In this document: positions 19,418-28,255 of the stretch, piece after piece
Layout of the letters: each line of letters opens with the position of its first letter
How positions within the stretch are numbered: position 1 is the first letter of the stretch
NCBI GenBank assembly: GCA_021776115.1
Contig: JAJFGN010000068.1
Location: 665-64,664 of the forward strand
Source of the DNA: Kiloniellaceae bacterium
GTDB taxonomy: Bacteria; Pseudomonadota; Alphaproteobacteria; Kiloniellales; J153
Direction of reading: 5' to 3'
Length of the DNA stretch: 64,000 bases
The notes under the pieces: generated by a model
Database searches by the model: none
What the model saw: only the letters and a program-made list of their open reading frames with translations
Told to the model about the DNA's origin: nothing
Program-made: the position numbers and the translations under genes

Positions 19418-20512
19418 TTACCGGGTGCTAAGCGCATCTGGGGTGTATCCCTTGGCATAGTCGATTCTTATCGACCGGCGCTCTTGGTGGGAAAGGTGTA
19501 TCGCCGCGACCACCAGCATAGTATCCAATCCGCGTTCAACACCGATGTGCGGAGGCAGGTTCTCCAAGGCCAGGGCATGTTCAATGTGCCGCAACTCCCG
19601 GATGAAGTCCTGTGGGCGAGTCTTTTCGATCAGTGTCGTGGATGATTCCGCGCCACCGACTTGATGGATGACCGCGTCGCACCCAGATTTGAAGCCGCAG
19701 TGCCACTCGGCAAAACCTTGATCGCCTTGGATGCGGGCCCATTTGCGAGGCGGTTGCGTGACCACATCCTGAACGATGCGCCCGGTCAGGCCGGATTGTG
19801 TCGTTACATTGGCAAGGCACAACCGATCGTAATCGACCGTTCCGTCTCGCACAAAGTCGAGTGTGGCAACAACATCGATAATTCTTCCGCCGCCGCACGC
19901 ATGGGCGAAATGCTGCCAAAGGTTAATGGCGTGGGAGTGCTCACCGCTGGCGCCGCCGCCGCGATTCGAATATCCAAGATACGAATCCTGCGGGCCATCG
20001 AGCCAGGGGTGAGCGTTGAATATTCCGCCCCAGTACTCACGGAACTCTACGTCAATGGTGGAGACCGTGCCGACAGCGCCTTCCGTCAGGATCGTGGAAG
20101 TTTGCTCCACAGCTTTGCCAACGACGTGATCGTACCCGGTGAATACGGCAACCCCAAGATCTCGGCTTAGATCATAGAGTTTCTGCGCGTCGGCCAAGTC
20201 TGGCGTGCACAGTGGCTTCTCGATCAGCACCGCCCTAGGTTTTTCCGCCAATGCGGCTAGGCCGAGGGGGATGTGGCTGTCCGGCGGCGTGCCGACGCAA
20301 ATCAGGTCATATTCTCCGGTCGGGGCTTTCGAGGCCTCGAACAGCCGAATGTCGTCATCCCACGCCGCATAGCGGTTTGGATAAATCTGGTTTCTCGTGC
20401 GCTCGAGGGCGGCAGTGTCCACATCGCACAGATCCACACTCCAGCCAAGCTGGCGTGCGGCGTTAGATAGATGATTGCCGATCGAGCCGGCGCCAATGAC
20501 TTTAACTCTCAT
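19418..20512 (-). CDS. Gfo/Idh/MocA-family NAD(P)-dependent sugar oxidoreductase
   Basis: MRVKVIGAGSIGNHL Rossmann N-terminus and the family-typical AVLIEKPLC (EKP) motif. Confidence 0.7.
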   Translation of the reverse strand: MRVKVIGAGSIGNHLSNAARQLGWSVDLCDVDTAALERTRNQIYPNRYAAWDDDIRLFEASKAPTGEYDLICVGTPPDSHIPLGLAALAEKPRAVLIEKPLCTPDLADAQKLYDLSRDLGVAVFTGYDHVVGKAVEQTSTILTEGAVGTVSTIDVEFREYWGGIFNAHPWLDGPQDSYLGYSNRGGGASGEHSHAINLWQHFAHACGGGRIIDVVATLDFVRDGTVDYDRLCLANVTTQSGLTGRIVQDVVTQPPRKWARIQGDQGFAEWHCGFKSGCDAVIHQVGGAESSTTLIEKTRPQDFIRELRHIEHALALENLPPHIGVERGLDTMLVVAAIHLSHQERRSIRIDYAKGYTPDALSTR

Positions 20513-20594
20513 GAGAGTCCAGACTGGGTCTGTTAAAAGTGGGTGATTTAGAAGCCGTGCCGGAAGAAGCGAACCCTACTGTGGGGCGGGTAAT

Positions 20595-21338
20595 TCAGCT
20601 GCTTTCCCAGAACGCCCGTGCTTTGCGCAGATCGTCCTCTGTACCAAACTCCAGCAGTGCACTAACCTCATGTACGTTGGTAGGCTCTTCTTTCATATAG
20701 CGGGTGACGATATCAGTCGTAATGTCGCCAAGTGTTCCCTTCCGCGCAAGTGAATACGCCAATTCCTTCAGTAACAGGGTATTGGAAAAGACGAAAAATC
20801 CAACCACGCCATTGTCTATCTGGGCAATAGGTTGTGGCGTTTCCAATGCGGTAATTTTTTGGGCGACACCGTTCTTCGTTTCGACTGAGTGGCGATAGGT
20901 TCCCAACACGCCTTTGGTCGCCAGTGTCGCAACGAATATTGAGCTGTCGGTGACTATAGGATTGCTCAACATGATCAGGTCGCAAAAAGAAACGACTGTT
21001 CCATAGCGACTGTCGATATGATCGAGAGCGTAAAGGAGAGAAAAAGCATTGTTGCGGATATCGTTTATGGATTCGCGAGAGAATTCAATCTTTTGATTTG
21101 GGTAGCGCCCGGCAATATAACTTTCCAACAAATCTCCATGCCATCCCGTTCCGATTACTATCTTATGTGATATCAGCAGGAATTTACTAATCAGGAGATC
21201 GATTGCGCGCTGCGAGCCAATCTTGGACAGGGCCTTCGGAATGTGTTCTGAGGCGCTCCCCATCCGGGTGCTCAAACCTCCCGCAAGGATGATGACATTG
21301 TAGCTCCGGCCTTTGTCGGAGATGAACTGACCAAGCAT
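20595..21338 (-). CDS. Sugar-phosphate nucleotidyltransferase (NTP_transferase fold)
   Basis: YNVIILAGGLSTRMGSASEHIPKALSKIG. The gene is markedly lower in G+C than its flanks. Confidence 0.7.
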   Translation of the reverse strand: MLGQFISDKGRSYNVIILAGGLSTRMGSASEHIPKALSKIGSQRAIDLLISKFLLISHKIVIGTGWHGDLLESYIAGRYPNQKIEFSRESINDIRNNAFSLLYALDHIDSRYGTVVSFCDLIMLSNPIVTDSSIFVATLATKGVLGTYRHSVETKNGVAQKITALETPQPIAQIDNGVVGFFVFSNTLLLKELAYSLARKGTLGDITTDIVTRYMKEEPTNVHEVSALLEFGTEDDLRKARAFWESS

Positions 21339-21347
21339 TTTATGTCC

Positions 21348-23063
21348 CTAATTCAGCAAATCTGAGTGCTTGCGAAGAAATGCTGCCGACACCAGGCCGG
21401 TTGAGCCATAGCCCACTTGGTATGGCGCAAACATGCTGTGAAACCGCCTCTGCAATTCCTCGTCCTCGCTGGTTTTCTGATAACGTCCGTCCAGTCGCTC
21501 GACCAGCTCACGGGTTGCGTCAATCAGATCTTCCGCGGTGTTATGAACCAGCCTAAAGCGGCCCCTCTCACAATCCTTAGAGAATGAGAAAAGATGATTG
21601 AAATAGAGCCATTCCGAGAAAGAGAGATATCGACCCTCATCTTGATCAAATGCCAATTTCGGCACAAAGATGCTCTGCGTTGTCTTGTTCGAAGAATATA
21701 TGGTGTTTCGGATAAGGAAGAGATCTGAAACTACGGTCGGTCGATCAAATGCGGCCGCCCCCGAAAACAGGCCAGTATCTCCCGCTAAGAGAAATCTGTA
21801 GCGCGAGAATAGATAGACGTCAAGTTCGTCGCTGCGCCCGGTTTGTGCGTAGTCAAACACCAATGGGTGGCAATCGCCAGGCAAGGGTTCGGTAACGCTC
21901 AAACCCATCCGTACGACTTGATAGCCTCGGTCGGCCCAGTAATGGGCGAAGCCTACGTACGGAAGGATCTGCGGGCAACGGTGCTCGGTATCGTCCCGCA
22001 CGCCCGCTGATGGGCCAGATCCCATCACCGTGCCGTAAAATTTATAGTAGGCCATGTCGCGCAAGCCGAACCCAATGATCGGTTTCTCTGGGTCAATGCC
22101 CATGTGAGCCAACTGCTTCTCCGCCGCGCGCGCGGCGCGATCCGGAAAGCAAAGAACCGGCGGGCCGCCCATATAGTCATCCTTGATGCGACGATAGTCC
22201 GTGCTGAGACTGAGATTGCGTCCGACCCGCTCAATAACGGAAAACCCGATGCGGATGAGCTTTCTTGATAATGTCCCGGTCGTTCTCACCAGGCGACAGT
22301 GTCTGGAATACAAACGCATCAACGTTTCGTTCGGGTAGCCGTCGAAATACAGAGCGATCAATAAGGGCGGTTTCTGGCCGCCAGCACTGTCCCGCAATCG
22401 CCGGAGCATGGGGTCGATGCGGTCTACGATGTCGGCCAGGCGGGTAAAGTTTCCCAACGACGCAACGCGAATATCGCGCCGCCTATATCGTAACCTCACC
22501 AAGGCGAGAAAGCAGATGGCGATAAGGTCGAATAAGCGGAAACAAATCTTAGATCCGATCATTCTTGCCCAGAGACGTGCACGGACACCCGCAGGCAGTC
22601 GTAGGTTTGCGCTGAACAAGCGGGTCAGAGGAAAGTGGCCAATCACCTTCAATGGCACCTTGGACAGGATCCCGACCGGATCGTCACGAATCACCGTTTC
22701 CGACAACAGCGTGCGAATATTGGTTTGGTCGATGGCGGTCCCATTAGAGATATCATCAAACGCAGCAATCAATTGTAGCATGGCGGGCGGATCGGGATCG
22801 GCGTCCAATATGTCGCGGACAGCCTGCAGGGCCTCTTTGGGTCGGCCCAGGGCCGCAAGAGTAAGGCACTGTTCCAACCGCCACGGATAAGTTGGGCTTG
22901 TAATTTTCTGGCAACGCTCCAGCGTTCGCAGTGATATGTCCGGCCGGCCAATCACCCTTAAATCACGCGCCGTAGCTATCAGTGACTTTGCGTCATGCAA
23001 ATTCTCCGCTCGCCGTGCCAGGCTCCGCGCATCGCGTACCTTCTCTGGTCTCAATTCAGTCAT
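21348..23063 (-). CDS. Hypothetical protein: N-terminal helical/TPR-like region plus a large C-terminal domain (possible glycosyltransferase)
   Basis: 571 aa. The N-terminal approx 110 aa is a helical repeat-like region (...LEQCLTLAALGRPKEALQAVRDILDADPDPPAMLQLIAAF...). The C-terminal part loosely recalls an uncharacterised putative-GT family. No catalytic motif was identified by eye. Confidence 0.3.
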   Translation of the reverse strand: MTELRPEKVRDARSLARRAENLHDAKSLIATARDLRVIGRPDISLRTLERCQKITSPTYPWRLEQCLTLAALGRPKEALQAVRDILDADPDPPAMLQLIAAFDDISNGTAIDQTNIRTLLSETVIRDDPVGILSKVPLKVIGHFPLTRLFSANLRLPAGVRARLWARMIGSKICFRLFDLIAICFLALVRLRYRRRDIRVASLGNFTRLADIVDRIDPMLRRLRDSAGGQKPPLLIALYFDGYPNETLMRLYSRHCRLVRTTGTLSRKLIRIGFSVIERVGRNLSLSTDYRRIKDDYMGGPPVLCFPDRAARAAEKQLAHMGIDPEKPIIGFGLRDMAYYKFYGTVMGSGPSAGVRDDTEHRCPQILPYVGFAHYWADRGYQVVRMGLSVTEPLPGDCHPLVFDYAQTGRSDELDVYLFSRYRFLLAGDTGLFSGAAAFDRPTVVSDLFLIRNTIYSSNKTTQSIFVPKLAFDQDEGRYLSFSEWLYFNHLFSFSKDCERGRFRLVHNTAEDLIDATRELVERLDGRYQKTSEDEELQRRFHSMFAPYQVGYGSTGLVSAAFLRKHSDLLN

Positions 23064-23107
23064 ACAGTGGGGCCAAGTGATTTTTCTGGGCTAGCTCTAC
23101 TGTGACG

Positions 23108-23992
23108 TCACAACTCCCGAGACGGAGTTGTCACGTGCAGAGGGATGAATAGCTCGGACGGAAAGGCAGGCTTGCTACATGGTATGCCAGTCAGCTCGTC
23201 AATAAAGACGATTTTACCTTCCGCCCACTCAAGCATCATGCGGTAATAGAGTGTCTCTGAGTACTCGGTGAGAAGGAACCGCGCTAAAATCTCGTTGAAG
23301 GTTCTTCTGCCAAGGTCCTTTTTCATCAACCGCTGAAAACGTACCGATGGATCAACACACAGGAAGAAGATATTTTTCAGCTGAGTAAGCAAGAAGGGCG
23401 GCCCAAAAATCGCACCCTCGTAGAGGAGGGTGCCGGTGGCTGGAATATCTAGATCGGCGCCATATTCCCCCGTCGACCGATCGTAGGGTCCGGATACTTT
23501 GATCGGTATTCCTGCTTGCAGGCTCTCCAGGTCGCTTAAGATAGCGCCCCAGTCCCACCAATTGAACTGGTTCGCCGCATCCTTATAACTGTCGACCGAA
23601 CGCATATGTTTTTGGGAGAGCAGCAACTTCCGCTCCTCGGAGGTGCCGATGAATGCATAATCGGCGGAATAGACGCTGCATCGTATTTCCCGAGCAAGCC
23701 AATTGGCAGTATAAGACTTACCAGCGCCGGCGGGGCCCGTAATTCCGTAGGTGCCTGGGCCGCTACCGAGAATTAAGTTTGTTATGACATCGCGGCGGGG
23801 GGCTGTTTCCGATGACAACGTCTTGTTTGCTCCTGTGCAAGAATTTACCGAGAGTAGGTTTCGGCACAAATTTCGCGGAAATTTGCCAAGAATAGAAATG
23901 CGAACAATGGCCTGTTCTTGAAAAAAACCACTCCAGCTAAGGCACGGAATGGTTCTCAGAATACATATCTTTGGTACCCAGTACCTCCGCAA
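23108..23992 (-). CDS. P-loop NTPase, uridine-kinase/PRK-like small-molecule kinase candidate
   Basis: Walker A YGITGPAGAGKSYTANWLA. The first approx 60 residues of the ORF look non-protein-like, so the true start is probably downstream of 23992. Confidence 0.45.
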   Translation of the reverse strand: MRRYWVPKICILRTIPCLSWSGFFQEQAIVRISILGKFPRNLCRNLLSVNSCTGANKTLSSETAPRRDVITNLILGSGPGTYGITGPAGAGKSYTANWLAREIRCSVYSADYAFIGTSEERKLLLSQKHMRSVDSYKDAANQFNWWDWGAILSDLESLQAGIPIKVSGPYDRSTGEYGADLDIPATGTLLYEGAIFGPPFLLTQLKNIFFLCVDPSVRFQRLMKKDLGRRTFNEILARFLLTEYSETLYYRMMLEWAEGKIVFIDELTGIPCSKPAFPSELFIPLHVTTPSREL

Positions 23993-24008
23993 ATGAAAGG
24001 GAACTAAA

Positions 24009-24848
24009 TTGTCTAGCGCATTCGGTCTCGTTCTTCGGGTTATTCGGAAACACAGTGGTAAGCCGATCGGCCGTGCAATTCAGCGCCTCTCGTACGCCAT
24101 TTACCGTGCAAGCAACAATCCTGGCTATCATTTTGCAGATAACGGTGAACTGCATACTCTTCAAGCATTTAGTGCTGTTCAAGGTCACAAGACTGTATTG
24201 GATGTTGGCGCAAACCACGGCGAATGGTCTAGGGCTTGCCTTAATCTATTGGGCAACAGGGCAAAGGTGTACGCATTTGAGCCAAGCAATTCATCTTTCG
24301 AAAAGCTACGGCTAAACACGAAGGACCTGGGAAACATTTTCCCGTTTCAGATGGGCTTGTCGGCCACCGATTGCGAATTGGACATTCTGGTCAGCGACAG
24401 CGTTCCGCAAAAATCCAGCGTTGAGGCGGAATCCGCGAAGGCAACGTCTCCGCAAATTGATGACTACCGCAAAGAAAGGCAACGCTTTGTCCGCGGGGAA
24501 GTTTTTTGCCGGGACCAGGGCTTAGAGCACATTCATTTTCTCAAGGTTGATACCGAAGGCCACGACCTTCAGGTGTTGGCCGGTTTCGAACGCATGATCG
24601 CCAACGGCAGTGTCGATGTCATTCAGTTTGAGTACAATAGATTGAATATTTTTACCAAATACACGCTCCATGATTTTTACAATATGTTGAATGAAAATTT
24701 TACCCAGTGCGGGTATTCGATTGGGCGCATATATCCAAGTGGCGTTCTTTTCAAGTCATACAGCGTATACGACGAAAATTTCGTCGACGGGAACTTCCTT
24801 GCTGTGCGGACCGCGTTGCCGGACCTTGTCGCGACGTTCAGAATTTAG
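24009..24848 (+). CDS. FkbM-family methyltransferase
   Basis: VLDVGANHGEWS, FEPSNSSFEKL and LKVDTEGHDLQVLAGF. One of only two plus-strand genes inside the island, with low G+C (one 60-nt line counted at 35%). Confidence 0.85.
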   Translation: MSSAFGLVLRVIRKHSGKPIGRAIQRLSYAIYRASNNPGYHFADNGELHTLQAFSAVQGHKTVLDVGANHGEWSRACLNLLGNRAKVYAFEPSNSSFEKLRLNTKDLGNIFPFQMGLSATDCELDILVSDSVPQKSSVEAESAKATSPQIDDYRKERQRFVRGEVFCRDQGLEHIHFLKVDTEGHDLQVLAGFERMIANGSVDVIQFEYNRLNIFTKYTLHDFYNMLNENFTQCGYSIGRIYPSGVLFKSYSVYDENFVDGNFLAVRTALPDLVATFRI

Positions 24849-24914
24849 GGGCCCGCGGGCAAATTTCTTCACCTACGACTGGATGCTGTTGCATAGCCAC
24901 CTTTCGCGGCCGCG

Positions 24915-25505
24915 TTAGGTTTGTTCGCCGATCGACTCAGCGTCGGGCCTTTCGGCGCTCAGTTCACCGAGTGGACCGAGGCGGAACCGATGGAACGAGC
25001 CCGCCTCTATCGCCGGTAACCGGTCCGCCTCAGCGCCAGGGAAAGCTAGGGCCAAGGCAGCCTGAATTACGCCTTTATGAGTTACAGCAATGATCGGTTT
25101 CCCGTTCGCCGCCAGTTCGGCCAGCCAGGGTTTGATCCGGCCTTGGACACTGTGGCCACTCTCTCCGCCCGGCGGACAAAATTCAATGTTGGGATAGTCA
25201 ATTCCCGGGATATCCCGTCCCAGTGACCGACGGATATCCGTCAACGCTATTCCTTCCCAATCGCCCCAGTCGGCTTCGATTAGGCGGTCCTCGATGAGGG
25301 GACTTGCGCCCAGGAGGCGTGCGGTCTCCTGGGCGCGCCCAAGAGGACTGGAGACCCATATCGCCTCAGCCATATCGGCTGTAGGCCGCACGGTCTTGGC
25401 CTGACGCCGACCTCGTTCGCTTAGCGGCACGTCCGTCCGCCCCTGTAACCGACCTTCCTCATTCCATGCCGTCCGGAAATGCCGAATGAGAGTCAGGTTA
25501 ATCAT
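24915..25505 (-). CDS. Histidine phosphatase family protein (phosphoglycerate-mutase-like)
   Basis: MINLTLIRHFRTAWNEEGRLQGRTDVPLSERGRRQA (RH catalytic motif) and IIAVTHKGVI. Confidence 0.8.
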   Translation of the reverse strand: MINLTLIRHFRTAWNEEGRLQGRTDVPLSERGRRQAKTVRPTADMAEAIWVSSPLGRAQETARLLGASPLIEDRLIEADWGDWEGIALTDIRRSLGRDIPGIDYPNIEFCPPGGESGHSVQGRIKPWLAELAANGKPIIAVTHKGVIQAALALAFPGAEADRLPAIEAGSFHRFRLGPLGELSAERPDAESIGEQT

Positions 25506-25524
25506 AAGCCGGCATGTCGAGCGT

Positions 25525-26229
25525 CTATTTGAAACGAATCGCGGCTTGAAGCTCGCTGAAGGCGAAGTACTCGAACTCGTCCTCGCTAAAGACTTCCATC
25601 AGGGCGCGGTATTCATGACGTCGCCAATTGGGGTAGCCATACAGCTCATCAAACAATATGACCGTTCCACTCACACAGCGATCTTTAACAGTCTCAAGGG
25701 CAAACTTTGTCGGCGTGTAGGTATCCATATCACAGTGTATGAATGAAATTGGTTCATCAAGATGGGTGTCCAAGAAATCCTGTAAGGTCTCCTGCACCCA
25801 ACCTTTAATCAACTGAACGTTGCCTGGCACATCGGGCAACTTTCCGCCGGTGCTAAAGTTTGTTTTGAACACACCAACCTGCCCGGTCCAGTCTTCTTCC
25901 AGGCCCTCGAATGAATCAAAGCCGAAAACAGTTCTGTTGTCGTCGCGGTCAGTAAGATTTTTGGCGAATAGCCTAGTTGAAGACCCCGTATAAACGCCAA
26001 ACTCAAGGATCAGACCATCTGGATTGATGTCGCGAAATGCGAAGGTCCTTATCTTGGAGATTGAACGGAATAGGGCGATATTATCCAGCTTGGATTCCAG
26101 GAAGTCGGCACTGTCCTGCCGCGCCCTTTCGTTAAGAATCTCCAGAATTGTCAACTCTCTGCCGGTGGTCAGAGATTCATGCCAAAGCTTCCCGATACGC
26201 CGGACAAACTTTCTAGCTACTTCCTTCAT
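25525..26229 (-). CDS. TylF/macrocin-O-methyltransferase-like SAM methyltransferase
   Basis: ILEFGVYTGSSTRLFA, FGFDSFEGL and IHCDMDTYTPT. Confidence 0.65.
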   Translation of the reverse strand: MKEVARKFVRRIGKLWHESLTTGRELTILEILNERARQDSADFLESKLDNIALFRSISKIRTFAFRDINPDGLILEFGVYTGSSTRLFAKNLTDRDDNRTVFGFDSFEGLEEDWTGQVGVFKTNFSTGGKLPDVPGNVQLIKGWVQETLQDFLDTHLDEPISFIHCDMDTYTPTKFALETVKDRCVSGTVILFDELYGYPNWRRHEYRALMEVFSEDEFEYFAFSELQAAIRFK

Positions 26230-26276
26230 GTCACCAACGCAAAGCTGTCTGAATGTTGCAGGTTCGCATCGCTATG

Positions 26277-28091
26277 CTAGCTGACCATCCGGCGATACAG
26301 GTCGGATTTCTCCAGGAGAAGGTTGTGGGAGCCTCGGGCGTCCAAGCGGCCATTTTCGAAAACCCATATCTCATCGCAACTTCGCACCAAGCCAAGGCGA
26401 TGAGAAACGATAATCGTTGTAACCACGCCATGCAATTTCTCGATAGACTCCGCGATTTCGCGTTCGACAAGGGTATCGAGCGAACTCGTCGCCTCATCGA
26501 GAATAAGAATGTCGGCGCCGCGATAGAGCGCGCGGGCAATGGCAACACGTTGCCGCTCTCCGCCCGAAAGCAAGTTGCCTTGCTCTCCCAGTCGGGAAGA
26601 AAGACCCTTCGGCAGCCGGTCGACAACCTGTTCTAAGCGTGCGAGCGCGATGGAGCGGGTGAGGCGTGCTTCATCGGCCTTTGCGGTCGACCGGAATACG
26701 ACGTTTTCCCGCATCGATGCATCGAGCAAGAATGGGCGTTGCGATACGTAGCTAAACCGCCTTCGCCAGGCTCGTTTGTTATCGGCCTCTAGGGGATGCC
26801 CATCAACACTAACGACACCTTCCGAGGGATCGAGTAATCCCGCGATCAAGTCTATGACCGTGCTCTTTCCCGCACCGGATGGCCCGACCGCGCCATAGGA
26901 TTTCCCCTGTTCAATATTCAAGGAAACAGCCGAAACGGCCCTACTTTTCGTATCGGTGTAACTGAGAGAGACTTTATCGAGGCGGATCTCTCGCCATGGC
27001 TGTGGTTTCAAATCATCTGGTGGTGCCAACTCCGTTTTTCCGGTGTCGGCGATCAACTGCTCCAGATCGTCGATGATCGGAAAGGAGCTCAAGAGGGTGG
27101 TTAGACCAGAAACAACAGTTGAGAAAATTGGCATGAGGCGAAGTGCCGAAAGCCCATACAGCAGCATAAGTCCGGCCAGTTCAACGCTTTGCGCCTCGAA
27201 TATGACAACAAATACGCTCATGCCGACGAGTGCCCCGTAAGCAAGTGACTCGAGAACGATACGCGGAATTTGTGCCCATTGTTGTCCTTTCGCATCCCCT
27301 TGCGCATAGAGCGTGACCTGATCGTCGAACAGCGAGCCAAAATGATCCTCAACGCCAGCCATCTTGACTTCCTTGATGCCGAGTACGGCTTCCATGCTAA
27401 CGCTGCTCGCCTTGAGTATCGCGCGCCTCTTTACCACGGCAAGACGCAGTAGTTCCGGTCGCACAAATACGAAAATCGCCATAGCAAAAACTGAAACGAA
27501 TGTTGCGACAATTAGACCCGATACTGGATTTGCCCAGATCAGTACGGCAACGACGATGCCTGCAAACATAAGATCGTTAAGCAATTGCAATAGTGACCGG
27601 ATGAACTGCCGCGACCATGTCGTAACAAATCCGAATAGAAGTTCCCGCAAGCGAGCGGAATTTTGCCGGACGAGCCAGGAGTACTGTGACGTGAGAATTT
27701 GCTTCATAAGAAGCGATTTGAGCCGCACCTCGCAGGCAGCAGAGAATCTTGACATCCACCCCGCATGGAGCCAACTGAAGACGGCCTTAAAGAGGATCAG
27801 AGCGGCAATACTACCCGCAAGCGTCAGTAGAACCTGTCTTCCCTCAATTTCACCGAATATGGGCTGCAGCCATGCCAGAATCTTACCGGTAGATGATCCT
27901 TTGGGATCCATCATAAACTGGACCAGGGGAACAATAGATACGAGCAAGGCGGTCTGCAGGAGGGCATGGAACATCGATGAGGCTACGAGGTAGAGCATTC
28001 GTTGGCGTTCTTGCACTGTCATCAGCGCGAGGCCTTTCTTAATTCCTCCGATCTGGCCACTGACACGCAGAAAAAAGTCACGCCGGTTCAT
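26277..28091 (-). CDS. ABC exporter, fused permease/ATPase half-transporter (MsbA/PglK-like)
   Basis: 604 aa. N-terminal approx 300 aa is hydrophobic. Walker A GPSGAGKST, signature LSGGERQRVAIARAL and Walker B ILILDEATSSLD. Confidence 0.9.
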   Translation of the reverse strand: MNRRDFFLRVSGQIGGIKKGLALMTVQERQRMLYLVASSMFHALLQTALLVSIVPLVQFMMDPKGSSTGKILAWLQPIFGEIEGRQVLLTLAGSIAALILFKAVFSWLHAGWMSRFSAACEVRLKSLLMKQILTSQYSWLVRQNSARLRELLFGFVTTWSRQFIRSLLQLLNDLMFAGIVVAVLIWANPVSGLIVATFVSVFAMAIFVFVRPELLRLAVVKRRAILKASSVSMEAVLGIKEVKMAGVEDHFGSLFDDQVTLYAQGDAKGQQWAQIPRIVLESLAYGALVGMSVFVVIFEAQSVELAGLMLLYGLSALRLMPIFSTVVSGLTTLLSSFPIIDDLEQLIADTGKTELAPPDDLKPQPWREIRLDKVSLSYTDTKSRAVSAVSLNIEQGKSYGAVGPSGAGKSTVIDLIAGLLDPSEGVVSVDGHPLEADNKRAWRRRFSYVSQRPFLLDASMRENVVFRSTAKADEARLTRSIALARLEQVVDRLPKGLSSRLGEQGNLLSGGERQRVAIARALYRGADILILDEATSSLDTLVEREIAESIEKLHGVVTTIIVSHRLGLVRSCDEIWVFENGRLDARGSHNLLLEKSDLYRRMVS

Positions 28092-28255
28092 TGAGTATTA
28101 AGTCCAGAAATGACGCCTGAGCCACCCAAACAATTTAGGGCGCCAATATAGATGTAAGGCGAAATGCACAGAAGCAGTGTTGTAACAAGAAACGGTGGTT
28201 CACTAGAGCTGGTCGCTCAAAAAACAGCAATATGAAATTCCGGAAGGCCGTGGGA

